The notes beneath the pieces were generated by a model. The model was not told where the DNA came from. It searched no databases and worked only from the letters and a program-made list of their open reading frames with translations. A stretch of DNA of 61,828 nucleotides, filler included. It is 4 parts of 4 records of this genome, joined end to end, with 100 filler letters (N's around TTAATTAATTAA, not from the genome) between each part and the next. Parts side by side here need not be neighbours in the genome. Positions count along the whole stretch, not along the records: positions 24,536 to 37,342 come from DRR723986_3153; positions 37,443 to 54,069 come from DRR723986_3158; 2 more parts are not named here. One strand, written 5' to 3'. Positions 31,490-42,398 of this stretch are shown here, piece after piece; position 1 is the stretch's first letter; each line of letters opens with the position of its first letter. Made by a program: the position numbers and the translations under genes.

Positions 31490-32503
31490 TCAGTGAACAA
31501 ATGGCAGTTTAACGACTTCAAGCTTGTACTCTTTTCCATTGGCATCCAGAGCAGTCTGAATTGTGCCATAACTGGCATACTGATTGCGCAGATAGCCCAG
31601 GGCAATCCAACGCTCAAGCTCCGGTGAATATGCTGAGCTGGTTATCACACCGGTCTGACGCGTCGCGTCGCGAAATGCAGCACCGGAAGGCACCGGGCCT
31701 TCAGCCAGAAAACCAATTAGCCGCTGCTTGACTTTGTTGTATGAATCCAGACGCGCAATGACTTCCTGACCTATATAACAACCTTTTGTAAAACTAACAT
31801 ACTGGACTAATCCCGCTTCCAGTGGATTAAACGCGTCAGTCCATTCGGCTCCGCGTTCTCCCAGGCCGGCTTCCACGCGCAAAACATCATACGTGGCTTC
31901 GTCTACGCGCGGAACGTGCGCAGCAATTGCCGCTAATCCAGTATGCACTTCGGCTTGTTTGGAGCTGTCAAAACACAGCAGAAAGGCAAACTCACACAGA
32001 GGAGCCTGCTTAACTACCAGCACCGGAACGCCGAACAAAACACCCTTGCGCCAGGCGCCTACAGCCATATCATCGGCTGCGGCAATTCCAAGTTCAGCTA
32101 AGCGGTTGGCGGCATGTGGGCCAAAGAAACGAATTGCGGACCAGGCGTCGGAGACATTGCGCGTCTTGAAGTCTTCCATGATGGTGTACTTCGTCAGCCA
32201 CGTACGCGCCGGCGCGGCCGCCCCTGGAGACATCAGCATCAAAATATCCTCGTCGCGATGCACGATGTTGACTACATCGATTATCCGCGCCTTCTCTGTC
32301 AGCAAAACGGTGAATTTGCCGTCCCCGGCTTTCAGATCACTCAGATCGTTGGTCGTCAGCCGCTGCAGCAGACCGGGGCCGTCCACACCGCGGCAGGCCA
32401 ATGCTTCCACGTCCGGATAGTCAAACCAGGCGGCAGATTTTTTGGCCGCGCGGTACAATTCCAGATTGATCGAATGCCCTTCGGCGGCAGGTGTATTTAT
32501 CAT
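31490..32503 (-). CDS. ygfZ: YgfZ/GcvT-family folate-binding protein
   Basis: KGCYIGQE signature, NPLEAGL and LQRLTTND. Confidence 0.88.
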   Translation of the reverse strand: MINTPAAEGHSINLELYRAAKKSAAWFDYPDVEALACRGVDGPGLLQRLTTNDLSDLKAGDGKFTVLLTEKARIIDVVNIVHRDEDILMLMSPGAAAPARTWLTKYTIMEDFKTRNVSDAWSAIRFFGPHAANRLAELGIAAADDMAVGAWRKGVLFGVPVLVVKQAPLCEFAFLLCFDSSKQAEVHTGLAAIAAHVPRVDEATYDVLRVEAGLGERGAEWTDAFNPLEAGLVQYVSFTKGCYIGQEVIARLDSYNKVKQRLIGFLAEGPVPSGAAFRDATRQTGVITSSAYSPELERWIALGYLRNQYASYGTIQTALDANGKEYKLEVVKLPFVH

Positions 32504-32611
32504 AGTGCTGTTTTACCGTTTCGCGTGTTTGTAGATTGCAGTCCGACCTACGCAATTTCACGATGGTAACGATTGATGTCAACTTTGATTTTTCTGGCTC
32601 TGCGCCGCTGC

Positions 32612-34627
32612 ATGCATCAAACGCTCCCAATCTGCATTTTGACGCTCCTGACGTGCCTCAGCACCGATCTCAGCGCGCAGACAGACTGGCGTGTTTTTTT
32701 AAGCGACAAAGGCGGCACAGATTTTGAGCCGGGCAGCGAGCTCTATGAAGCCGCGCGTGCGCAGCTCACCGAACGCTGTTTGGAACGGCGCGCGCGCAAT
32801 ATGGCGCCCGGCACACTTATCAGCCTGGAAGATGCTCCGCTCTACGCGCCCTATCTGCAGGCAATCACCGAAGCCGGCGCTCAAATTCAATTGGAATTGC
32901 GCTGGCGCAATTATGCCGTCGTCACTTGCTCGGAATCAATCGCAGCCGCAATCAAGGAGTTGGAGTTTGTGGACGTGGTGCAACGCTGTGCCAACGTCAC
33001 AACCACACTCAGCTGCGAAGCACCGGCAAGCCGCCTGGTAATTGGTCAGTCAGCCTGCGGCGGACTGGAGTACGGCGAATCCTGGAATCAGGTCGCTTCC
33101 GTACATGCTCCCGAACTGCACACACTTGGCATTCTGGGCCAGGGTGTACGCATTGGTGCTATCGACTCCGGCTTCCGCTGGCGCGACACCCCCGCCCTGC
33201 AGCACCTGAACGTGATTGCCGAACGCGACTTCATCTATCTGGACGACCTGACTGCCGATGAGCCGGATGAACTACCGGGACAGGAAGGTCACGGTACTCT
33301 TGTACTTTCGGCCCTGGCAGGACTGGATGACTCTGAACTGATCGGCATTGCGCCGCTGGCTGAGTTTTTGCTGGCCAAAACCGAAGACCTGCGCTACGAA
33401 CGCCATCGCGAAGAAGACAATTTTGCCGCAGCCGTGGAATGGATCGAAGCCAACGGCGCCGAAGTGCTGACCGCTTCCGTTGGATACCTGGGATTTGATC
33501 AGGACCAGGAAGCCTACGCCGATGACATTCGCGACGGACGCACCAGCATTTGCACACAGGCAATCAACGCCGCCACTGAGCGTGGCTTGCTCTGTGTTAT
33601 TTCTGCCGGTAACACGGGGCCTTCGCCGCAATCGCTCTTGCTTCCGGCTGATGCACCGGACGCGATTGCTGTCGCTGCCGTTTCTCCCGAAGGTCGCATC
33701 GAAGCGTATTCAGCACGCGGTCCCGCAGGCTCAAACCTCAAACCCAATGTCGCCGCGCAGGGCTCTGCCGTTAAAGCGGCGGTCCCCGGCCCCGAAGGCA
33801 ACTACGTCTCAATCAATGGTACTTCCATGGCTGCTCCACTCATCTGTGGTGGCCTGGCCCTCCTGCTCGAACTACACCCCGAACGCAGCGCCCGTGAAAT
33901 TCGTGAAATTTTGTATGCCAATGCCAGCCAGAGCGCGCAGCCGGACAGCGCAATTGGTTATGGCATTGCCAACTTCACGCGCAGCGCGCAGGAACTGGGC
34001 CCGCTTGTTTCCGTCCAGCCCAGTTGGTATCCCCTCGGCTCTGTCCAACGTGTTGTTCTCAGCAGTCAAATTCCCGATGCTCAGGCCACACTTTTTGTCC
34101 GCAGCACCACGCGTGAATTGCTCGAATTCAGCATGTCATTTGCAGCACCAATGCATTACTACGCCGATATCCCGCGCTCACTTTTTAATGACGCCCAGGC
34201 TGAAACGCTCGAAGCCTATATTGAATTTAACGCCCAGGGACAAAACCTGCGCCGCCCGGCGCCAAGCCCTCAGGAGCCCAGTCCGGTATTCAACATTTGT
34301 GCCGACGGTGCCCAAATCGCTTGCGGGCTCGCCGTTGATCTGCTGCCGCGCAGCTTCCCTGCAGCCGCCGATGAAGGCATATTCCCTTCCGTAGCCGGCC
34401 GCACCGACGCGCGCACGATCATTGTCAACAGCAGTAAGCAGCAGCGCTGGCAAGCCAAGGTCTACGATCTTGAGGGACGCCTGCAAAGCGCTGAGGCTAG
34501 TGGATTCCTGGCTCCCGGTTTTAATGCTTTGCCCGTCGATACACGCCGCCTGGCAAGCGGAATGTACCTGCTGCGGCTACAACTACACGATCAAGCCAAA
34601 TATTTTAGCTTTTTTGTCGTGGAGTAA
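32612..34627 (+). CDS. S8 (subtilisin) serine peptidase with T9SS type A sorting domain
   Basis: Signal peptide; catalytic triad IDSG, GHGT and NGTSMAAP; C-terminal VYDLEGR...LASGMYLLRL. Confidence 0.9.
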   Translation: MHQTLPICILTLLTCLSTDLSAQTDWRVFLSDKGGTDFEPGSELYEAARAQLTERCLERRARNMAPGTLISLEDAPLYAPYLQAITEAGAQIQLELRWRNYAVVTCSESIAAAIKELEFVDVVQRCANVTTTLSCEAPASRLVIGQSACGGLEYGESWNQVASVHAPELHTLGILGQGVRIGAIDSGFRWRDTPALQHLNVIAERDFIYLDDLTADEPDELPGQEGHGTLVLSALAGLDDSELIGIAPLAEFLLAKTEDLRYERHREEDNFAAAVEWIEANGAEVLTASVGYLGFDQDQEAYADDIRDGRTSICTQAINAATERGLLCVISAGNTGPSPQSLLLPADAPDAIAVAAVSPEGRIEAYSARGPAGSNLKPNVAAQGSAVKAAVPGPEGNYVSINGTSMAAPLICGGLALLLELHPERSAREIREILYANASQSAQPDSAIGYGIANFTRSAQELGPLVSVQPSWYPLGSVQRVVLSSQIPDAQATLFVRSTTRELLEFSMSFAAPMHYYADIPRSLFNDAQAETLEAYIEFNAQGQNLRRPAPSPQEPSPVFNICADGAQIACGLAVDLLPRSFPAAADEGIFPSVAGRTDARTIIVNSSKQQRWQAKVYDLEGRLQSAEASGFLAPGFNALPVDTRRLASGMYLLRLQLHDQAKYFSFFVVE

Positions 34628-34682
34628 GTCCTGTAACGGACATTCCTCTGCACAATATCTCTACAGTTGGATTCTACAGCCC

Positions 34683-35375
34683 ATGCAAACAGCCCTCATT
34701 ACCGGCGCCACCGGCGGCCTCGGCATTTTTGTGACCGAAAAATTTCTTCGCGAAGGGTGGCGCGTACACGCCACAGTCAACGATAGTGAAGGTCTGGAAA
34801 CCTTAAAACAACGCTTCAACAGCTGGCTGGACGACGGACTCAGCATCTGTGAATGTGACCTGAGCACCGAGCTGGGAGCGCATCAATTTGCCTCCAGCGC
34901 TCCAGCCACACCTAACGCACTCATCAACCTGGTTGGTGGAATTCGGGCCGGCACGCTTATTGACGAGACCTCCATCGAAACTTTTGACATGATGATGACG
35001 CTCAACGTGCGCACCACATTCCTGGTGATTCGCGAAGTAGTCTCAAATATGCGCCGCGAAGGCGGATCCATCGTGACAATCGGTGCGCGCGCCGTTGAAA
35101 TGCCCGAAGCCCGCAAAGCGGCCTACGTCGCCTCCAAAGCTGCAGTAGTCGCTCTTACACAAGCCCTTGCGGTTGAATACAAAAGTCACAACATCCGCGC
35201 CAACTGTATTCTGCCTGGAATCATTCGTACCACGGCAAATCGCGAGTGGGGCTCCGACGATGAAATCGAAAAGTGGACGCCACCGGAAGATATTGCCGCA
35301 ACCGCTTTTGGACTCTGTACTGAAGCCGGTCTGGGCGTCAACGGTGCCACAATCCCCATGTACGGCAAATTGTAA
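34683..35375 (+). CDS. SDR family oxidoreductase
   Basis: TGATGGLG, YVASK and IRANCILPG. Confidence 0.9.
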   Translation: MQTALITGATGGLGIFVTEKFLREGWRVHATVNDSEGLETLKQRFNSWLDDGLSICECDLSTELGAHQFASSAPATPNALINLVGGIRAGTLIDETSIETFDMMMTLNVRTTFLVIREVVSNMRREGGSIVTIGARAVEMPEARKAAYVASKAAVVALTQALAVEYKSHNIRANCILPGIIRTTANREWGSDDEIEKWTPPEDIAATAFGLCTEAGLGVNGATIPMYGKL

Positions 35376-35486
35376 AACCTCCGGCCCGGCCGATTGTGCT
35401 ACACTTTCGGCATACAGAGTTAAGGTCGCAGCTTCGGCCCGAATGTTAACAGTACTCACTTAACATGCATCTTCTGCAAATACCGC

Positions 35487-37316
35487 ATGGCTAAACGTCG
35501 TCGTCGCATTGATCAGGAACCCGCGCCCAAGTTGAGTCGCGAACAGAGTAAACGCGAGATTCGCTTTTTAACCGCTTTTCTGCGGCCCTTTAAATTGCGT
35601 TTTTCCATCGCGCTGTTTCTAATGATCATCAGCTCCGCCGTCAGCGTCGCATTCCCAGCACTAATCGGCCGCCTGGTTGATGTAGTCATGCCTGGCTCAA
35701 ACAGCCTCTTTAACTTCGGTGGTTTTTCGTTTGACCTCGCTGATTTTGCAATCGCAATGGGTGTCCTCCTGCTGATTCAGTCGGTGACGCGCTATTTTAC
35801 ATCGATTAACCTGGCAACGATCAGCGAGAACGTTCTGGCACAACTGCGCGCACAGTTGTTCGGTCGCCTCATGCGTTTACCCATGCGCTTTTTCTCCGAG
35901 CGCCGCGTCGGTGAACTCTCCTCGCGTTTAACAAGCGACTTAACATTAATTCAGGATACGCTCAGCTTTGCGGTTCTCGAATTCATACGGCAGTCCGTTG
36001 TCTTGATTGGCGGCATACTATTCATTGCCGGAATGAACTTCCAGTTAACCGGTTTTGTGCTTTTAAGTGTGCCCCCGCTGGTACTTGTGGCCTATATCTT
36101 TGGCCGCTGGATTCGGCGCTACAGCACACAAACGCAGGACGCCCTGGCACGTGCCAACACAATCGTGGAAGAAAGCCTGCAGGCGATTGCATCTGTTAAA
36201 GCCTTTGGCAATGAACTGTACGAAAGTAGCCGCTATCGCAATGTTATCCAGGAAGGTGTGCGCCTTGGAATAATTGGCGCTAAACTGCGCTCAGCTTTTG
36301 TCTCATTCATCATTTTCGCCATGTTCGCCGGAATTTGTGCTGTTATCTGGAAAGGTGGACAGCTCGTCGAATCTGGTGCAATTTCACTCGGCGCACTCGT
36401 TTCTTTCCTCATGTACGCCATGTTCATTGGCGGTGCCATGGGCAGTTTTTCTGACCTCCTGGGCCGCATCCAGCGCACGCTTGGTGCCTCAGTTCGCATC
36501 CGTGAGTTGTTGGATGAAGTCCCCGAGGAACTGCCTGACGAAACGTTAATTGATGTTCCGACGCTGCGTTCTGTTAAGTTGCAGGATGTCACATTTGCAT
36601 ATCCCAACAACAAAAACCAGCATGCACTTGTTAACATTACGATGGACATTCAGCCGGGCGATCGCATTGCCGTAGTTGGCTCCAGCGGCGCCGGCAAAAG
36701 CACCCTGGCAAACCTGCTGCAGCGATTTTATGCGCCCGACAGCGGAACAATTCATTTCGATGATAAATCGCTGGATCAGTTGGACCTGGCAAGTGTACGC
36801 CACAATGTTGGTATCGTTCCGCAGGATATTGTCCTGTTTGGCGGTACGATTGAAGAAAACATTCGTTACGGTCGCCTCGACGCTAGTGCAGAAGAAGTTA
36901 ACAGGGCCGCAAAACTCGCTAATGCCGAAGAATTTATTAGCTCGCTCGATAAAGGCATGCAAACAGTTGTGGGCGAACGCGGGCAAAAGTTAAGTGGTGG
37001 CCAGCGTCAGCGCATTGCAATTGCACGAGCCATTCTCAAAAATCCACCGATTCTGATTCTGGACGAAGCCACGTCATCACTGGATGCACACGCCGAACAC
37101 CTGATTCAGGAGGCCATGGAACGCCTGATGCAGGACCGCACCACAATCGTGATTGCCCACCGCCTTTCAACTATTCGCCTCTGCAACCGCATCTACGTGT
37201 TTGACAAAGGCCAAATTGTCGAACAGGGCTCACATGATGAACTCCTCGCTCTCGACGGCATGTACGCATATCTCTGCGAACTACAATTTGGCGTTCGTGA
37301 CAGTCTCAACGACTGA
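35487..37316 (+). CDS. ABC transporter, fused TMD-NBD exporter (MsbA-like)
   Basis: GSSGAGKST, LSGGQRQR, ILDEATSSLD and IAHRLST; six TM helices. Confidence 0.95.
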   Translation: MAKRRRRIDQEPAPKLSREQSKREIRFLTAFLRPFKLRFSIALFLMIISSAVSVAFPALIGRLVDVVMPGSNSLFNFGGFSFDLADFAIAMGVLLLIQSVTRYFTSINLATISENVLAQLRAQLFGRLMRLPMRFFSERRVGELSSRLTSDLTLIQDTLSFAVLEFIRQSVVLIGGILFIAGMNFQLTGFVLLSVPPLVLVAYIFGRWIRRYSTQTQDALARANTIVEESLQAIASVKAFGNELYESSRYRNVIQEGVRLGIIGAKLRSAFVSFIIFAMFAGICAVIWKGGQLVESGAISLGALVSFLMYAMFIGGAMGSFSDLLGRIQRTLGASVRIRELLDEVPEELPDETLIDVPTLRSVKLQDVTFAYPNNKNQHALVNITMDIQPGDRIAVVGSSGAGKSTLANLLQRFYAPDSGTIHFDDKSLDQLDLASVRHNVGIVPQDIVLFGGTIEENIRYGRLDASAEEVNRAAKLANAEEFISSLDKGMQTVVGERGQKLSGGQRQRIAIARAILKNPPILILDEATSSLDAHAEHLIQEAMERLMQDRTTIVIAHRLSTIRLCNRIYVFDKGQIVEQGSHDELLALDGMYAYLCELQFGVRDSLND

Positions 37317-37342
37317 TCGTGTTTAACACATTAACTAACAAA

Positions 37343-37442
37343 NNNNNNNNNNNNNNNNNNNNNNNNNNNNNNNNNNNNNNNNNNNNTTAATTAATTAANN
37401 NNNNNNNNNNNNNNNNNNNNNNNNNNNNNNNNNNNNNNNNNN
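37343..37442. other. Artificial contig linker
   Basis: Same 44N-TTAATTAATTAA-44N structure. Confidence 0.97.
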
Positions 37443-37443
37443 C

Positions 37444-39285
37444 ATGGCCGAGATGCACCCGATCCTGTGGACCAGGATCGCCGACCGGCGCCTCAGCCAT
37501 CCCCATGTCAAGGTTGCCGTGCTTTCCACCTTCGAACATCGCAGCTTCGATCTGGCGGACATTCCCGGCGTATTCGTTCCCCAGACGGACCTGATCATCG
37601 CCAATTATATTGCGAACCACATCATCCAGTCCGGCGCGGTGAACGAGGAGTTCGTGTCAAACCACGTCAATTTCCGGAAGGGCGCACAGGACATCGGCTA
37701 TGGCTTGCGACCGGAAAATCCGCTTGAAGCCGCTGCAGCGAATGCCGGCAGCGGCGATTCCGAGCCGATGTCTCTCGAGGAATTCGCCGAATTCGTGAAA
37801 CCCTATACTCTGGATTTTGCAGCGGAGAAGTCCGGAGTTTCAAGGGAGCGGCTTCAGCAGATCGCTGAGCTGTACGCAGATCCGGACACCAAGGTGATGT
37901 CCCTTTGGACCATGGGCGTCAACCAGCATACCCGCGGTGTGTGGATGAACAACCTCATCTACAATATCCACCTGTTGACCGGTAAAATTGCCCAGCCCGG
38001 CAATTCCCCCTTTTCCCTGACCGGCCAGCCGTCTGCCTGCGGCACCGCCCGCGAAGTCGGCACCTTCGCTCACCGCCTGCCTGCCGACCTCGTGGTTTCA
38101 AATCCGGAGCACCGGGCAACAGCCGAAAAGATCTGGAAACTGCCGGCAGGAACCGTTCCTGAATGGATCGGTGCACATGCCGTTCTGCAGAACCGGAAAC
38201 TCAAGGACGGCGAAATCAACTGCTACTGGGTGCAGGTCAACAACAACATGCAGGCCGCCCCGAACATGATGGAAGAAGGCCTGCCCGGATATCGCAATCC
38301 GGAAAACTTCATCGTCGTTTCCGATGCCTACCCAACTGTGACGGCAGAAGCCGCCGACCTTGTGCTGCCAACCGCAATGTGGGTGGAAAAGGAAGGTGCC
38401 TACGGCAACGCCGAGCGCCGCACCCAGTTCTGGCACCAGCTCGTCGACGCACCGGAAGGGGCGATGTCCGACCTGTGGCAGCTGGTTGAATTTTCCAAAC
38501 GTTTCACAACAGACGAAGTCTGGCCGCCCGAGCTTCTGGCCGACAATCCCGATTACAAGGGAAAGACGCTGTACGAAGTTCTATTCGAAAACGGCAATGT
38601 CAACGCCTTCCCCAACAGCGAACGGGCGGAAGACTACGAGAACCGCGAATCCGACGAGTTCGGCTTCTACATCCAGAAAGGCCTGTTTGAGGAATATGCC
38701 CAGTTCGGCCGCGGACATGGCCACGACCTGGCGGATTTCGACACCTACCACCAGGTGCGCGGGCTCCGTTGGCCCGTGGTGGACGGCAAGGAAACCCGCT
38801 GGCGCTACAACGGCAAATACGACCCTTATGTGAAAGAGGGAGCGGCGTTCGACTTCTATGGGAAACCGGACGGCAAGGCTGTTGCCTTCGCCTTGCCCTT
38901 TGAACCGCCCGCGGAAAGCCCGGATGAGGAGTATCCCTTCTGGCTGTCCACCGGCCGGGTTCTGGAGCACTGGCACTCCGGATCGATGACGCAGCGCGTA
39001 CCTGAACTCTACAAGGCCGTGCCCGATGCCCTCTGCTACATGCATCCGGACGATGCCGAGGCTCTAGGCCTGAGGCGCGGTGCGGAAGTGCGCATCAAAT
39101 CCAGACGTGGGGAAATTCTCACCCGCGTCGAAACCAGAGGCCGCAACAAACCGCCCAAGGGGCTGATTTTCGTGCCCTGGTTCGATGCCCGCCAGTTGAT
39201 CAACAAGGTCACGCTGGACGCGACCGATCCGCTGTCGAAGCAGACCGATTTCAAGAAATGCGCCGTGCGCGTAGAAGCAGTGTGA
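37444..39285 (+). CDS. napA: Periplasmic nitrate reductase catalytic subunit (5'-truncated)
   Basis: [48 protein letters not shown] and QTDFKKCAV. Confidence 0.97.
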   Translation: MAEMHPILWTRIADRRLSHPHVKVAVLSTFEHRSFDLADIPGVFVPQTDLIIANYIANHIIQSGAVNEEFVSNHVNFRKGAQDIGYGLRPENPLEAAAANAGSGDSEPMSLEEFAEFVKPYTLDFAAEKSGVSRERLQQIAELYADPDTKVMSLWTMGVNQHTRGVWMNNLIYNIHLLTGKIAQPGNSPFSLTGQPSACGTAREVGTFAHRLPADLVVSNPEHRATAEKIWKLPAGTVPEWIGAHAVLQNRKLKDGEINCYWVQVNNNMQAAPNMMEEGLPGYRNPENFIVVSDAYPTVTAEAADLVLPTAMWVEKEGAYGNAERRTQFWHQLVDAPEGAMSDLWQLVEFSKRFTTDEVWPPELLADNPDYKGKTLYEVLFENGNVNAFPNSERAEDYENRESDEFGFYIQKGLFEEYAQFGRGHGHDLADFDTYHQVRGLRWPVVDGKETRWRYNGKYDPYVKEGAAFDFYGKPDGKAVAFALPFEPPAESPDEEYPFWLSTGRVLEHWHSGSMTQRVPELYKAVPDALCYMHPDDAEALGLRRGAEVRIKSRRGEILTRVETRGRNKPPKGLIFVPWFDARQLINKVTLDATDPLSKQTDFKKCAVRVEAV

Positions 39286-39293
39286 GGTGAGCC

Positions 39294-39764
39294 ATGAAAC
39301 GCTTTGCAATCGGCCTTGCCTGCGCCGCCCTGTTGGTTGCCGCAGCTGCCGCAGCCGCCCAGGAACACATCGCCACCATGCGCCCCGCAACGCCGTTGGC
39401 GGAAAACGGGACGCCTGCCCCGATGCCAAAGCCGGTGAACTCCGACATTCGCCAGGTGCGGAACTATCCCGAGCAGCCACCGCTTATCCCTCACACGATC
39501 GAGGGCTATCAGATCGACAAGAACTCCAACAAGTGCCTGAGCTGTCATTCCCGTACAGCCATTGAAGTCAGCCAGGCGCCAATGGTGTCGATCACGCATT
39601 TCATGAACCGGGACAACCAGTTCCTGGCGTCCGTCACACCCCGGCGGTACTTCTGCAATCAGTGCCATGTGCCGCAGACCGACGCCCGGCCTCTGGTCGA
39701 GAACGACTTTGTCGATGTCGATGAAGTGCTCGAATATGTGAAATCCAAAGAGGGGGCCAAATGA
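39294..39764 (+). CDS. napB: Periplasmic nitrate reductase diheme cytochrome c subunit
   Basis: Signal peptide, QPPLIPH, and two CxxCH motifs (CLSCH, CNQCH). Confidence 0.96.
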   Translation: MKRFAIGLACAALLVAAAAAAAQEHIATMRPATPLAENGTPAPMPKPVNSDIRQVRNYPEQPPLIPHTIEGYQIDKNSNKCLSCHSRTAIEVSQAPMVSITHFMNRDNQFLASVTPRRYFCNQCHVPQTDARPLVENDFVDVDEVLEYVKSKEGAK

Positions 39765-40411
39765 TGCTGGCCTTCCTCAAAAGGCTCTGGACCACCATCC
39801 GCCGCCCGAGCGTGCACTACAGCCTCGGCTTTCTGACCCTCGGCGGCTTCATCATGGGCATAATTTTCTGGGGTGGTTTCAACACCGCGCTGGAGTTGAC
39901 CAATACCGAGAAGTTCTGCACGGGCTGTCACGAGATGCGTGACAACGTCTTTGCCGAGCTTAAAACGACAATCCACTACTCCAACCGCTCGGGCGTGAGA
40001 GCCACGTGCCCGGATTGTCATGTCCCCCATGAATGGACAGACAAGATCGCCCGCAAGATGCAGGCCTCAAAAGAGGTCTGGGGCAAGATCTTCGGGACGA
40101 TCAATACGCGGGAAAAGTTTCTGGAACACCGGCTTGAACTGGCCCAGCACGAATGGGCCCGGCTCAAGGCGAACAATTCTCTGGAATGCCGCAACTGCCA
40201 TTCCGCCGATTCCATGGACATAACCCGTCAGAGCGGAAGGGCCTCGGAGGCGCACCAACGCTTCCTGTTCACGGGTGAAAAGACCTGCATCGATTGCCAC
40301 AAGGGCATTGCGCATCGCTTGCCGGACATGTCCCAGTCGGCATGGCACGGGGAAAAACCCGAAAAAATGCTGAAGGAAGCCACCGCGTTTCTGGCAACAC
40401 GGCAAGATTGA
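39761..40411 (+). CDS. napC: NapC/NirT tetraheme cytochrome c
   Basis: TM anchor and four CxxCH motifs (CTGCH, CPDCH, CRNCH, CIDCH); ATGA overlap with napB. Confidence 0.96.
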   Translation: MMLAFLKRLWTTIRRPSVHYSLGFLTLGGFIMGIIFWGGFNTALELTNTEKFCTGCHEMRDNVFAELKTTIHYSNRSGVRATCPDCHVPHEWTDKIARKMQASKEVWGKIFGTINTREKFLEHRLELAQHEWARLKANNSLECRNCHSADSMDITRQSGRASEAHQRFLFTGEKTCIDCHKGIAHRLPDMSQSAWHGEKPEKMLKEATAFLATRQD

Positions 40412-40429
40412 TAAATCACACGTCGAAAC

Positions 40430-40459
40430 AAAAAGGCTGGCCTACAAGCCAGCCTTTTT
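40430..40459. terminator. Bidirectional terminator between napC and the CBS gene
   Basis: AAAAAGGCTGGC-ctacaa-GCCAGCCTTTTT. Confidence 0.85.
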
Positions 40460-40463
40460 CACG

Positions 40464-40895
40464 TCAGGCCATCGTAATGTAGCTGCGCATCTGCTCGGCT
40501 TCGAGTTCAACCTGCGCAATCTTGAACTTCACGACGTCGCCGATGGAGATCACACCGGTCAGCTTGCCGTCCTTCACGACCGGCATATGGCGGAACCTGC
40601 CCTGTGTCATGCGAGCCATGACTTCGTTGATGTTGTTCTCTTCGGAGCAGGTAACCACGTTCTTGGTCATGACACCGGAAACCGGTGTTTTCAGCGCCGA
40701 CACGCCTTGCGTACCGACCACGCGAACGATGTCCCGCTCTGACACAATGCCGTCAACGGCACCTTCCTTGTCGGAAACGACCACGGCACCGATCTTGTGT
40801 TTTGCCAGGGTTTCACAAATTTCGCTGAGCAACGCGTCGCTGCGCGCTGTGATAATATCGTGGCCTTTCCCACTCAGGATAGCGGCTACGGTCAT
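40464..40895 (-). CDS. CBS-pair domain protein
   Basis: GIVSERDIV, RFRHMPVV and GVISIGDVVK; GGAGG RBS. Confidence 0.92.
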   Translation of the reverse strand: MTVAAILSGKGHDIITARSDALLSEICETLAKHKIGAVVVSDKEGAVDGIVSERDIVRVVGTQGVSALKTPVSGVMTKNVVTCSEENNINEVMARMTQGRFRHMPVVKDGKLTGVISIGDVVKFKIAQVELEAEQMRSYITMA

Positions 40896-41175
40896 TAAAT
40901 CACCTCCCATGGCATCAATCGGTCCGTTTTACCGGACCAGATCAACCGACGCTCAATCGGAAGCGATCAAACGTCAATAGTTGATCGACCTTAATGTAGT
41001 CTGCCAGCCGGTCTCCGGAAGGAGATGTTCCAGCTGCTCGACCACTTTCGCACCGACTGGGGCCGGACGTCCATTCGAATCCGACAGGACGACCTCCAGT
41101 CGTCAGGTATCATGGCAAAAAAATCAGATCGCGCAAACTGTTGACCTTGCGTCTTGAAGGTACTTTCGCTTCGCG

Positions 41176-41964
41176 TCAGGAATTCCGCCGCTGCGGCACG
41201 GGGTCAAACAGCGGAAACAGGGCAAGTCCGGCGACAAATCCACCAATATGAGCTTGCCAGGCAACACTTGCCGGCTGTCCCGCAACGGGACCGCTCATCA
41301 GGCCGAAGAACAGGTTGAGCCCGAACCATACCGCGACAAAAACCAGAACCTGTTGATTGCGAAGGCATTCCGCAAGCGGCTGCGCCGGTACGAAATAGGC
41401 TGTCGGATCGTTGCTGCGGATCGCACCCAGCGGGCCACCACGCTCGAAAACGAAACGAATGGCCGCAGCCATCTGGCCGGAAATGGCGGCGGATGCGCCG
41501 ATCATCGGCGCCCCTTCCCCCCAGTGGGTGGCAAGATGAGCCAGCGCCCCGCCAACGGAACAGGCCGCCGAAAACAGCAGAAATCGACCTACGCCAAACC
41601 GCCTGGCAACCGCACTGCCGAAAATCGCCATCCAGAGCAGGTTGAAGATGATGTGCATGGCGCCACCATGCAGCAGGCTGTAAGTGACGAAGGCCCAGAG
41701 GCTGGAGAGAAGATCAAAAGACGGCAGACTGCCGAGATAGGCATATTTTACCGGCCAGAATGCAAAAAGTTCGATGATCAGATTGTCCAGGTTCGCCGGA
41801 AGGATCATCACACGCAGAACGTGGATCGCAATCAGGATACCGCCAAGCCAGACGATGATCCCGGGCAGATTGAACACGGGCGGACCGGACGGCCGCTGGG
41901 GAGGTTGTTCCTTCTGGGCTTTTTCGCGCCGGGCGCGTTCTTCATCAATGCGGTAAACGTTCAT
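41176..41964 (-). CDS. Rhomboid intramembrane serine protease
   Basis: HGGAMHIIFN, GASAA (catalytic Ser) and WQAHIGG (catalytic His). Confidence 0.93.
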   Translation of the reverse strand: MNVYRIDEERARREKAQKEQPPQRPSGPPVFNLPGIIVWLGGILIAIHVLRVMILPANLDNLIIELFAFWPVKYAYLGSLPSFDLLSSLWAFVTYSLLHGGAMHIIFNLLWMAIFGSAVARRFGVGRFLLFSAACSVGGALAHLATHWGEGAPMIGASAAISGQMAAAIRFVFERGGPLGAIRSNDPTAYFVPAQPLAECLRNQQVLVFVAVWFGLNLFFGLMSGPVAGQPASVAWQAHIGGFVAGLALFPLFDPVPQRRNS

Positions 41965-42094
41965 GGACCCTCTGCCTTTCCTGTCTTTCTTCTAAGCCAG
42001 ATCGAAGACAAAACAAGAGTGGTTCGACCGCCAGAACAAGCGAAACCGGGAAATAGTGAATTCGACTTCTCCGGTCACAATCCCCAAAAAGCCT

Positions 42095-42137
42095 GAAAAT
42101 ACAAAGCGCCGGCCACCTAAAGGTGACCAGCGCTTTG
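42095..42137 (-). terminator. Intrinsic terminator with no annotated upstream gene
   Basis: Minus strand CAAAGCGCTGGTCACC-ttta-GGTGGCCGGCGCTTTG-TATTTTC. Confidence 0.8.
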
Positions 42138-42300
42138 CGATGCCCCCCAAAACCGGTCGCGTCCCCACGACGCCCGTTCAGGACAGTTGTTCACTCCGGC
42201 CGGCGCTTGTTTTACCGAGGCAGCTCTTGGCGGCTGTACCTATCGGCCCGCGGCCTGACCTGCAACAACAGGTTCCTCCCACCCGCCGTCTATGTGAACT
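42095..42300 (-). ncRNA. Putative G-rich small RNA (or leader RNA) ending in a strong terminator
   Basis: A 16-bp hairpin (42102-42137) whose G-U pairs and U tail work only on the minus strand. G-rich tracts GGCGGGUGGGAGG and GUGGGGACGCGACCGGUUUUGGGGGGC lie upstream. The 5' end is a guess. Confidence 0.5.
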
Positions 42301-42398
42301 GAGTGTTAAGCTGACAGGCAACCGCCCCTAATACAAGCTTTACCGAAAATTAACCTTAATTTCTGACCGCCACTCAAGCTTTCACGCCAACAAGCACT

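Noticed and set aside
24536-37342. Horizontally acquired island inside the alphaproteobacterial chromosome
   Set aside because: It is bounded by linkers, contains housekeeping genes (argS) and has no integrase or att sites; it is a separate organism's contig.
40981-40994. FixK/FNR box upstream of the CBS gene (TTGATcgacCTTAA)
   Set aside because: Two mismatches in one half-site; plausible but not supportable from sequence alone.
42056-42331. 91-aa plus-strand ORF in the rhomboid-PAS gap
   Set aside because: Pro/Arg-rich, no RBS or motif, and it overlaps a minus-strand terminator.
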